Source: an uncultured Gemmatimonadales bacterium (GTDB taxonomy: Bacteria > Gemmatimonadota > Gemmatimonadetes > Gemmatimonadales > GWC2-71-9). From it: DNA of 64,000 bases. Within the stretch, counting starts at the first letter, position 1; each line of letters opens with the position of its first letter. The stretch lies in NCBI GenBank assembly GCA_963748815.1, contig CAVVKJ010000008.1, forward strand, positions 96,001-160,000, in the 5' to 3' direction. The position numbers and the translations under genes were made by a program. The notes under the pieces are model-generated. The model worked only from the letters and a program-made list of their open reading frames with translations. It did not search any database and had not been told where the DNA came from. Positions 47,671 to 60,328 of the stretch are shown in pieces.

Positions 47671-48592
47671 GTGACATTCTCGCTCCCTCCCGACGCCCCT
47701 CGCCGTCCGCTCACCCGCTTCGCGCCGGCGCCGACCGGGTACCTCCACCTCGGCCACGCGGCGAGCGCCGCCTGGGTCTGGGGCGTGGCGCGGGCTCTCG
47801 GGGGCAGGGTGCTGCTGCGCGTCGAGGATCACGACCGCGGCCGTTCCCGGCCGGAGTACGAGCAGGCGCTGCTGGAGGATCTCGAGTGGCTCGGCCTGGA
47901 GCCCGACATCGGTCAGCCAGCGGAGTATCGGGCCGGGAGATGCGAGTACCGGCAGAGCGACCGGGAGGCGTCGTATGACCGCGCCCTGGCGCGCCTCCAG
48001 TTCGAGGGCCTGGTCTTCGCCTGCGACTGCTCACGCCGCCGCCTGCGAGAGTCGGGACGCGACGTGCCGAACATGGAGACCCGCTATGCCGGGCGTTGCC
48101 GGCACCGTGACCTGCCGATGGAAAGTGGACTGGGCGTGCGCGTCACGGATGGAATCAGGGCAGGAATCATTCATGGACCTGCGGCTCGGCGCGCAGACTC
48201 AGGAGCCGGCCGCGCAGTGCGGCGACCTCCTGATCCGTGATCGCACCGGGCAGTGGACCTACCAGTTTGCCGTCACGGTCGACGACGCGGAACAGGGAAT
48301 CGATTTGGTGATTCGGGGGGCTGATCTGCTCGAATCCACTGGGCGCCAGCTGCGCCTGGCGCGCCTCCTGGGCCGCACGTCGGCGCCGCGCTACCTGCAC
48401 CACCCGCTCATCCTGGCCCCCACCGGCGCCAAACTCAGCAAGGCGAAGAGGGACACGGGGCTGCGCGAGCTGCGTGCGGCCGGGGTGACGCCGGAGGAGG
48501 TCTTGGGCACGGCGGCGGCCGCAACGGGGCTGCTGCCGAACCCCATGTCTATCTCCGCAGTAGACCTGGCGGGCCTGTTCATTGTGACGTAA
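47671..48592 (+). CDS. gluQ: Glutamyl-Q tRNA(Asp) synthetase, frameshifted near 48145
   Basis: TRFAPAPTGYLHLGH, LRVEDHD, CDCSR, YQFAVTVDD, VIRGADL and KLSK; no anticodon-binding domain. Confidence 0.85.
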
Positions 48593-48621
48593 CGCCCCCA
48601 CGCCCAACCGCTATATTCCTG

Positions 48622-48661
48622 CCCCGCTTCCCCGCTTCCCCGCTTCCCCGCTTCCCCGCTT
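48622..48661. repeat. Tandem octamer repeat (CCCCGCTT)x5
   Basis: Five perfect copies, ending in the gltP stop codon. Confidence 0.95.
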
Positions 48662-49947
48662 ACGAGTCGCCCGCTACCACCGCCGGCGCCATCCCTTCCA
48701 ATTCACGATCGATTCGGTCGATATAGACCGCCGCCGAAATGTCGCCACTGACGTTCAGGGTCGTGCGGGTCATGTCCAGGATGCGGTCGACGCCGAGAAT
48801 GATCGCGATCCCCTCCGGCGGCACGCCGACGGTGGCCATGACCAGCATCATCAGCGGCAGGGATCCGCCGGGCACGCCGGCGGCGCCGATCGCCGTCATG
48901 ACGGACAACACCACCACGATGATCTGCGATCGCGAACGACAGGTGCACGCCGAACACCTGGGCCAGGAAGAGCACCGTCACCCCCTCGAAGAGGGCGGTG
49001 CCGTTCATGTTCATCGTGGCGCCCAGCGGAAGGACGAACCCGGCGATTTTCGACTGCACGCCGAGCTCGCTTTCGGCGGTGGCGATGGAGGTCGGCAGCG
49101 TCGCCATGCTCGAACTGGTGGAGAAGGCCGTGATGATCGGCGCCTCGATCCCCTTCCAGAACTTGAGGGGACTCATGCGGCCGAACACCTTGACCAGGAA
49201 CGAGATGCCGACGGTGGCGTGCAGCAGCAGTCCGACCAGGACCACGACGACGTACATGCTCAGCTGTTGCAGGATCCCCCAGCCGAACTGGGAGGTGATG
49301 ACGAAGACCAGGGCGAAGACGCCGTAGGGGGCGAGCTTCATCGCCAGGTTGATGATGGCGATGACCGCCTCTCCGATCCCCTCGAGGATGGCGATGACCG
49401 GTTGGGCCTTTTCGCGCGGAATCATGGTGAGCGCGGCGCCGAAGATGAGGGAGAAGAAGATCAGCGCCAGCATGTCCATGTTGGCGGCGGCCGCCACGGG
49501 GTTCCGGGGGACGATGTTGACGAAGGTGTTGATGCCGAAGTCCTGCGCCCCCGACTGGGCCAGCCCCTGCGCGCCGCTCGCGAAGCGGGCCATCAGCTCG
49601 TCCCGCGTCTCGGGCGGAAGGCCCGCCCCCGGCTTGATCGTGTTCACCAGGGTGAGCCCGATGACCGCGGCAATGAGGGTGGAGAGGGCGAAGTAGCCGA
49701 AGGTGCGGCCTCCCAGCCGTCCCAGCGTCTTCATGTCGCCGATCCCCGCGACGCCCACCGCGATCGAGGTGAAGACGATCGGCACCACGGTCATGAACAG
49801 CAGGCGGAGGAAGACCTGCCCGACGGGATAGGCCACGTTGTCGGAGACGAAGGTCAACCACCCGGCGCCGCTGAACAGCCGGTTGCAGAGCCCGCCGACG
49901 AGCGCGCCTGCGACCAGGCCGATCGCGATCTTCGTGTGAAGCTTCAC
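48660..49947 (-). CDS. Dicarboxylate/amino acid:cation symporter (copy 2), frameshifted near 48925
   Basis: AFSTSSSMATLP, PLGATMNMNGT, GAAGVPGG and GVDRILDM; the C-terminus is in ORF 48660-48917. Confidence 0.9.
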
Positions 49948-49987
49948 GCCAATCTCCTTCGGTAGAGAGCGGGCCGCTGCAGAGGTC

Positions 49988-51286
49988 CTAGCCCGCCCGG
50001 GGCGCCGGCCCGGATAGCGGCGCCGAGTCCCTGCCCGTCATTTCACGGTCGCAGCGATCAATGTACGTGCTGGCGGCAAGGTCGCCAGCCACATTGAGCG
50101 TGGTTCGGCTCATGTCGAGGATGCGATCCACGCCGAGAATGATCGCGATCCCCTCCGGCGGGACGCCCACCGTGGCCATCACCAGCATCATCAGCGGCAG
50201 CGAGCCGCCCGGGACGCCCGCCGCACCGATCGCGGTCATGACGGACAGGATCACCACGATGACCTGTGCGCCGAGGGAGAGATCGACGCCGAACACCTGG
50301 GCCAGGAAGAGGACGGTCACCCCCTCGAAGAGGGCGGTGCCGTTCATGTTCATCGTGGCGCCCAGGGGCAGCACGAAGCCGGCGATCTTGGGCTGCACCC
50401 CGAGCCGGTTTTCGGCGGTCGCGATGGAGGTCGGCAGCGTCGCCATGCTGGAGCTGGTCGAGAAGGCCGTGATCATCGGCGCCTCGATCGCTTTCCAGAA
50501 CCGGAGCGGGCTCATGCGGCCGAAGAGCTTCACCATGGCCGAGATCCCGATGGTCGCGTGCAGCGCCAGGCCAAGCAGCACGACGATCACGTACATGCTC
50601 AGCTGTTGCAGGATGCCCCAGCCGAACTGGGAGGTGATGACGAAGATGAGGGCGAAGACACCGAAGGGCGCGAGCTTCATGGCCAGGTCGATGATCGCGA
50701 TGACGGCGTCGCCGATCCCTTCCAGGAGGGCGATCACCGGCTTGGCCTTCTCGCGCGGGATCATCGTCAGCGCCGCGCCGAAGATCAGGGAGAAGAAGAT
50801 CAGCGCCAGCATGTCCATGTTCACCGCCGCCGCCACCGGGTTGCGTGGCACGATGTTCACGAAGGTGCTGATGCCGAAGTTCGCCGCGCCCGCCTGGGCC
50901 AGCCCCTGGGCCCCGCTGGCAAATCGTGCCATGAGTTCGTCGCGGGTCTCGGCGGGGAGCCCCGCACCCGGCTGGATCGTGTTCACCAGCGCCAGGCCGA
51001 GGAGCGCCGCCAGCAACGTGGAGATCCCGAAGAACGCCATCGTGCGCCCGCCCAGCCGGCCGAGCGTCCGCATGTCCCCGATGCCCGCCACGCCCACGGC
51101 GATCGAGGTGAACACGATCGGCACGACGGTCATGAAGAGCAGTCGGAGGAAGACCTGCCCGATGGGGTAGGCCACGTTGTCGGACAGGAAGGCCAGCCAC
51201 CCGGCGTCACGGAAGAAGCGGTTGCAGAGGCCGCCGACCAGCGCGCCCAGCACCAGGCCCAGCGCAATCTTCGTGTGAAGCTTCAC
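49988..51286 (-). CDS. Dicarboxylate/amino acid:cation symporter (copy 1; GltP/DAACS family)
   Basis: Same DAACS motifs; intact 432-aa ORF. Confidence 0.95.
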   Translation of the reverse strand: MKLHTKIALGLVLGALVGGLCNRFFRDAGWLAFLSDNVAYPIGQVFLRLLFMTVVPIVFTSIAVGVAGIGDMRTLGRLGGRTMAFFGISTLLAALLGLALVNTIQPGAGLPAETRDELMARFASGAQGLAQAGAANFGISTFVNIVPRNPVAAAVNMDMLALIFFSLIFGAALTMIPREKAKPVIALLEGIGDAVIAIIDLAMKLAPFGVFALIFVITSQFGWGILQQLSMYVIVVLLGLALHATIGISAMVKLFGRMSPLRFWKAIEAPMITAFSTSSSMATLPTSIATAENRLGVQPKIAGFVLPLGATMNMNGTALFEGVTVLFLAQVFGVDLSLGAQVIVVILSVMTAIGAAGVPGGSLPLMMLVMATVGVPPEGIAIILGVDRILDMSRTTLNVAGDLAASTYIDRCDREMTGRDSAPLSGPAPRAG

Positions 51287-51359
51287 GCGAGGCTCCCTGT
51301 CTCAGTCGTCATGGATCGAGCGGAGGCCCCGCCGCGGTGGGCTCGGCGGGGTCGGAAGG

Positions 51360-52463
51360 TCAGCTGGCGAGCGCGCCAGCCTTGGCGTCGATGCCGCCGA
51401 GGAGCGAACGGAAGGAGGCGGCGAACTTGTCCACGCCCTCGGTCTCCAACTCATCGGTCACGCGGGCGAGGTCGATGCCGGCGGCAGCGAGGGCCGCCAG
51501 CCGAGCCGCGGCGGTCGCGGTACCGTCGGCAATCCGGACGGCCGGGGCGCCGTGGTCGCGGTAGGCCACGAAGGTCTCGGGGGGGAGGGTGTTCACGGTC
51601 TGCGGGGCGATGAGCGCCTCGACGTAGTACACGTCGGGGAGGGCAGGGTCCTTGGTGCTGGTCGATGCCCAGAGCGGGCGCTGAACCTGCGCCCCCTTCG
51701 CCGCGAGTGCATCCCATCGCCCTCCACGGAATACCCGCTCAAACGCCGCATACGCCAGGCAGGCGTTGGCGATGGCGATGGTGCCTCGCAGTTCGCCGTG
51801 CCCCGCCCGGTCCAGCATCGGGTCGACCTTGGTGTCGACCCGGCTCACGAAGAAGCTCGCCACCGAGGCCACGTGCGCCAGAGGCTGCCCCGCCGCCGCG
51901 CGCCGCTCGAGACCGCGCAGGTACGCCTCCATGACCGCTTCGTGCCGCGCCACCGAGAAGAGCAGGGTGACATTCACGTTGATCCCGTCGGCGATGCACC
52001 GCTCGATGGCGCCGAGTCCTTCGACGGTGCCCGGGATCTTGATCATCAGGTTGGGCCGCGCCACCGCCGCCCAGAGCCGCCGCGCCGCCGCCTCGGTGGC
52101 TGTGCCGTCACGTGCCAGCGTCGGCGAGACTTCCAGCGACACCAAGCCGTCCGTCCCGCGGCTGTGCTCGTACACCGGCCGGAAGGCGTCACAGGCGGCG
52201 CGCACGTCGGCAATGGCCAGCGCCTCGAAGATCGCCTCCGCGTCACAGCCGTCGGCGGCCAGCCGGCGGATGTCCTCGTCGTAGTCGGCGCTCCCCGCGA
52301 TCGCCTTCTCGAAGATCGTCGGGTTGGAGGTCATCCCCAGCAGGCCGTCGTTCGAGATCAGCGCCCGCAGCTCGCCGGTCGCGATCAGCTCGCGGGTGAT
52401 GAAGTCGTACCAGGGGCTCTGCCCGAGGGCGCCGAGCCGAACGAGCGGATTGTCGCTTGCCAT
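51360..52463 (-). CDS. tal: Transaldolase
   Basis: GQSPWYD, GMTSNPTIF, MIKIPGT (Schiff-base Lys), NVTLLFS and QRPLWASTSTK. Confidence 0.96.
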   Translation of the reverse strand: MASDNPLVRLGALGQSPWYDFITRELIATGELRALISNDGLLGMTSNPTIFEKAIAGSADYDEDIRRLAADGCDAEAIFEALAIADVRAACDAFRPVYEHSRGTDGLVSLEVSPTLARDGTATEAAARRLWAAVARPNLMIKIPGTVEGLGAIERCIADGINVNVTLLFSVARHEAVMEAYLRGLERRAAAGQPLAHVASVASFFVSRVDTKVDPMLDRAGHGELRGTIAIANACLAYAAFERVFRGGRWDALAAKGAQVQRPLWASTSTKDPALPDVYYVEALIAPQTVNTLPPETFVAYRDHGAPAVRIADGTATAAARLAALAAAGIDLARVTDELETEGVDKFAASFRSLLGGIDAKAGALAS

Positions 52464-52471
52464 GGAATCCC

Positions 52472-54595
52472 TCAAGCCGAGCGGGAAAGGACGCGCCGGA
52501 CGGTCTCCGCTACGTGGGCAGCGGTGAAGCCGAACTCCTCGAAGAGCCGCTCGCCGGGGGCGGAGGCGCCGAAGTGGTCGAGGCTCACCGCCTCGCCGCC
52601 ATCGCCGAGCCAGCGGTGCCAGCCGAAGGAGGTGGCGGCCTCAACGCTGACGCGGGCCCGGACGGCCGGCGGAAGCACGGCGTCCCGGTACGCGGCGGAC
52701 TGTGCGGCGAAGAGCTCCCACGAAGGGAGGCTCACCACTCGCACGCGCACGCCGTCCGTGAGCAGTTGATGCGCCGCATCGAGCGCCACCGACAGCTCCG
52801 ACCCGGTCGCCATGACCAGCGCCTGGGCGCCGCCCGGCGGGTCGAACAGGACATACCCGCCCCGCCGCACGCCGTCCGCCGAACCCAGCGTGCCGCGGTC
52901 GAGCACCGGCAGCTTCTGCCGCGTCAGCGCCAGCAGGGTGGGCCCATCCTGTCGCTGCACCGCCGCACGCCACGCTTCCACCGTCTCGTTGGCGTCGCCC
53001 GGCCGAAAGACCACCAGGTTGGGAATGGCCCGCAGCATCGCCAGCTGTTCGATCGGCTGGTGGGTGGGGCCGTCCTCGCCGACGCCGATCGAGTCGTGCG
53101 TGCCGAGATAGATCGTGGGGAGTCCCATCAGGGCGGCGAGCCGGATCGACGGCTTCATGTAATCGCTGAACACCAGGAAGGTGCTGCCGAAGGGGCGGAC
53201 CCCGCCGTGCGCCGCCATCCCGTTCATGCACGCGGCCATCGCATGTTCGCGAATGCCCCAGTGGACGGTCTGACCCACGGTGCCGGGACCGAAGTCGCCC
53301 CCCAGGCCGTGCGCCGTGCCGGTGCTCCCCGCCAGGTCGGCCGAGCCCCCCACGAGGTTCGGGAGGGAGGCCGCCAGCACCTTGAGCGCGGCGGCGGACG
53401 CCTTGCGAGTCTCGACCGCCTTCGCCTCCACGCCGAAGACGGGGAGCTTCGCGTCCCAACCCACGGGGAGCTCGCCCCCGAGCCATTGCGCAAACTCCGC
53501 CGCCTCGGCGGGATGGGCCGCGGCGTAACCCGACAGGAGCCGCTTCCACGCCGCCTCGGCGTCTGCGCCCCGGCTCGCGACCGCGCCCAGGTCGGTCCGT
53601 GCCGCTTCGGGCACGAAGAACGCCTCGTCGGGCCACCCGAGAATAGCCTTCGTCTTGCGGATCTCCTCGGCGCCGAGCGGCGCGCCGTGGGCGCCGGAGG
53701 TGTCCCGCTTGGTGGGGGCCGGGTCGCCGATGATGGTGCGGAGCACGATCAGCGTGGGCCGCTCCTCCTGCGCCCCCGCATCGGCCAGCGCCGCGTCGAT
53801 GGCGGCGAGGTCGTTCCCGTCGTCGACCCGCAGGACCCGCCAGCCGTACGCCTCGAACCGGGCGCCGACGTCCTCGGAGAAGGCCAGGTCGGTCCGGCCG
53901 TCGATGGTGATGCTGTTGTCGTCGTAGATGACGGTGAGTCTGCCGAGGCGCAGGTGGCCGGCCAGCGAGGCCGCCTCGGACGCCACCCCTTCCATCAGGT
54001 CGCCGTCGCTCGCCAGCACCCAGGTGCGGTGGTCGACGGGAGCGGCGTCGGGGCGATTGAAGCGGGCCGCCAGGAACCGTTCCGCCATCGCCATCCCGAC
54101 CGCGTTGCTGATGCCCTGGCCGAGCGGGCCGGTGGTGGTCTCGACACCGGCGGTGTGCCCGCGCTCGGGGTGGCCCGGCGTGCGGGATCCCCACTGGCGG
54201 AAGTCGCGGATGTCGTCGAGTGAAAGGTCGTACCCGGTCAGGTGCAGCAGGCCGTAAAGCAGCATCGAGGCGTGGCCGCAGGAGAGCACGAACCGGTCGC
54301 GGTCGGGCCAGCCGGGACGTCGGGGGCTGTGCTTCAGGTGCCGCGTCCACAGGAGGTAGGCCACCGGGGCGAGGGCCATCGGCGTGCCAGGGTGTCCGGA
54401 GTTGGCCTGCTCGACCGCCTCCATGGCGAGGACACGGATGGTGTTGATGCTGGTCCACGCGACATCGGGCTGGATGGGGGCGGCAGTCGGGGCGGTGGCA
54501 CGAGGCGCGGCGGTGTGAGGCGTCAGGACCCGACTCCCGGCTGGTGTGTTGCGGTGGCGATGCGGGGGTAAACGACGGAGGGAAAATAACACCAC
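52472..54595 (-). CDS. tkt: Transketolase (true start probably near 54526)
   Basis: [29 protein letters not shown] and [16 protein letters not shown]. Confidence 0.97.
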   Translation of the reverse strand: MVLFSLRRLPPHRHRNTPAGSRVLTPHTAAPRATAPTAAPIQPDVAWTSINTIRVLAMEAVEQANSGHPGTPMALAPVAYLLWTRHLKHSPRRPGWPDRDRFVLSCGHASMLLYGLLHLTGYDLSLDDIRDFRQWGSRTPGHPERGHTAGVETTTGPLGQGISNAVGMAMAERFLAARFNRPDAAPVDHRTWVLASDGDLMEGVASEAASLAGHLRLGRLTVIYDDNSITIDGRTDLAFSEDVGARFEAYGWRVLRVDDGNDLAAIDAALADAGAQEERPTLIVLRTIIGDPAPTKRDTSGAHGAPLGAEEIRKTKAILGWPDEAFFVPEAARTDLGAVASRGADAEAAWKRLLSGYAAAHPAEAAEFAQWLGGELPVGWDAKLPVFGVEAKAVETRKASAAALKVLAASLPNLVGGSADLAGSTGTAHGLGGDFGPGTVGQTVHWGIREHAMAACMNGMAAHGGVRPFGSTFLVFSDYMKPSIRLAALMGLPTIYLGTHDSIGVGEDGPTHQPIEQLAMLRAIPNLVVFRPGDANETVEAWRAAVQRQDGPTLLALTRQKLPVLDRGTLGSADGVRRGGYVLFDPPGGAQALVMATGSELSVALDAAHQLLTDGVRVRVVSLPSWELFAAQSAAYRDAVLPPAVRARVSVEAATSFGWHRWLGDGGEAVSLDHFGASAPGERLFEEFGFTAAHVAETVRRVLSRSA

Positions 54596-54922
54596 GCGTC
54601 GCGGACCGTCACCCGCAATTCGGTGGCGCTGAGGGTTGGAGTGACATGGCGATTCGCTCTCGCGATCTGGGCGTGCCCTGCCGCGGGAGGCGGGTTGCGG
54701 GCCACAAGTCGGTCAGGGCAGGAAGAGGTTGTTGAGACCCAAGGTCTTTTGACACAATGACTTACGGCGATATTGCAGGATCGGTTGGGCGGACATTGGC
54801 GGCGTCCGCGGGTGCGGGGGCTGTCGTGGAAGGGTCCCCTGTGGTACTTTTAAGGGTTGAATTGACAACGCATTAGGCGGCCCGGATGGTCCGGACCGTG
54901 TACGACACTTCAGGCAGGGTTT

Positions 54923-55327
54923 GTGGCACGAACATCCAGACGACGCAGAAGTCCCAGCTCGAACGCCGCGGCAGTCGCGGCTCCTTCCTTCCGCCGGTCC
55001 GCCGGTCGCTCCTACTCCGGTCATCGCGAGTGGCTCCTCGCCGAACACGGCTCGATCTGCGCCTATTGCGGCATCGAGACGGCTCCGGAGGCGATTACGC
55101 TCGACCACGTCCGTCCGCGCCGCGGCCAGGACGCCTATGACCGCCCCGACAACCTGGTCCTCGCCTGCCGCGATTGCAACGCGGCCAAGGCCGACACACC
55201 CCTCGTCGCGTTTCTCATGCAGCGACGCTCCCGCGGCGTGTTTCTCCTGCACTACGGAGAGCACCTCTCCGAGCCGCTGAAGGAACTGGCCCGGAAGGCG
55301 TCGGAGAGGCCGATACTCCCTGCCTGA
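54923..55327 (+). CDS. Stand-alone HNH endonuclease-domain protein
   Basis: CAYCG...TLDHVRP...DNLVLACRDCNAAK. Confidence 0.88.
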   Translation: MARTSRRRRSPSSNAAAVAAPSFRRSAGRSYSGHREWLLAEHGSICAYCGIETAPEAITLDHVRPRRGQDAYDRPDNLVLACRDCNAAKADTPLVAFLMQRRSRGVFLLHYGEHLSEPLKELARKASERPILPA

Positions 55328-55332
55328 CGGCA

Positions 55333-55443
55333 GGGGGCGGGAATGCGGGGAAGCGGGTCGGTAACAGCCGAAACGGAGAGTACCCAAGTGGGCGCTCTCC
55401 GTTCTCACATTGTTTCCGCTTCCCCGCTTCCCCGCTTCCCCGC

Positions 55444-55461
<18 letters not shown>
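55333..55461. repeat. Inverted G-rich/C-rich octamer repeats flanking a hairpin
   Basis: GCGGGGAAGCGGG near 55345; AACGGAGAG/CTCTCCGTT hairpin at 55372-55403; CCCCGCTT-type copies at 55422-55461. Confidence 0.8.
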
Positions 55462-59067
<3,606 letters not shown>

Positions 59068-59221
59068 GCACCACTCCGCTGCCTTGGGAAGTCCGTTCGC
59101 GGGGCCCCGGGGACCCCGGACAATCGTCCGAAAGATAACCGCGCGCCGCTCTTGCCTCCCTCCCCACGCCTCGGTAACCTCCCACGGGTCTCCCCGTGAC
59201 CTTCCCCCTCACCATCCTGCC

Positions 59222-60328
59222 ATGCGACTTCGCGCGCCGACGACGTTCCTTGCGGGCATGGCAGCCTTGGCGGCGTGCGAACGACCGACCGGCGCGGCCG
59301 TCATCGGGTATGCCTTTCCGCGGGACGGTCAGCGGGCGGCGCTGGTGGCGGCAGCAGCCCTGCCAGCGGACACCACGCTGGGGGCCACTCGCATCGTGGG
59401 CGACTGGGACTCTGGCGGGACCGAGTCGACGGTGGAGATCGCGAGGGCGCGGCGGCTGATTGCGCTGCCCGGGATCGTCGGGGTCGTGGGCCACGCCGGG
59501 AGCCGGAGCACCCTGATCACGGCGCCCATCTACACGGAGGCCGGCATCCCGCTGGTGGTGCCGACCGCCACGAGCGGCCGGCTCTGGGAGGTCGGGGATT
59601 GGATCTTCCCGATGGCCCCCACCGATTCTATCGAGGCGGCTTTCCTCGGCGAAACTGCGGTGGACGGACTCAAGGCGTCCCGCATCGCGGTGTACTTCGT
59701 CAACACGGCGTACGGCACCGGGATCCGGGCCGAACTTCGCCGCTGGCTGGCGGGGCGGGGCATGGCCCCCGTCGACGAGGTCCCCTACGTGATCGGCGCC
59801 GACCTGCAGACGCTCGTCGAGGCCTCCCTCCAGCGTGGCAAACCCGACCTCGCCCTGCTCGTGGGGCGCCGCGTCGAGGTCGCCCAGATGGCGGCCCTGA
59901 TCTTCGAGCACGACCCCTCCATCAAGCTGCTGGCGGCCGACGGCGCCTACGACCAGCTCGCCGAATTGATCGCCGCCGCCGGCGCCGCCGCCGACTCGCT
60001 CTACCTGACCACCTTCTGGGTGGCGGACACCACGGTCGAAGTTCAGCGCGAGTTCATCCGGCGTTACCGGCTCGAGACCGGCCGCGAACCGGCCGCCTTC
60101 GAGGCGATGCGTTTCGACGCCCTGATGGTGCTGGCCCAGGCCATCCGCGAGGTCGGTCCCGACCGGGCGGCGGTGCGCGACTGGCTCCATTCCCTCGGCG
60201 GGGAGCGCCCGCCGTACCAGGGCGTCACAGGCGACATCAGCTTCCGACGCGGGGCCCGGCGCAACCTGCTCCTGGTCCGGCTGCACGAGGGCGTCCCCGT
60301 GACGGTACCGGAAGCCGGGGTCTGGTAA
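59222..60328 (+). CDS. LivJ-type substrate-binding lipoprotein
   Basis: ALAAC lipobox; VVGHAGS, APIY.EAGIP, AYGTG, FDA and YQGVTGDISF. Confidence 0.88.
   Translation: MRLRAPTTFLAGMAALAACERPTGAAVIGYAFPRDGQRAALVAAAALPADTTLGATRIVGDWDSGGTESTVEIARARRLIALPGIVGVVGHAGSRSTLITAPIYTEAGIPLVVPTATSGRLWEVGDWIFPMAPTDSIEAAFLGETAVDGLKASRIAVYFVNTAYGTGIRAELRRWLAGRGMAPVDEVPYVIGADLQTLVEASLQRGKPDLALLVGRRVEVAQMAALIFEHDPSIKLLAADGAYDQLAELIAAAGAAADSLYLTTFWVADTTVEVQREFIRRYRLETGREPAAFEAMRFDALMVLAQAIREVGPDRAAVRDWLHSLGGERPPYQGVTGDISFRRGARRNLLLVRLHEGVPVTVPEAGVW

Noticed and set aside
48622..48661. CRISPR array
   Set aside because: An 8-bp tandem repeat without spacers; no cas genes in the window.
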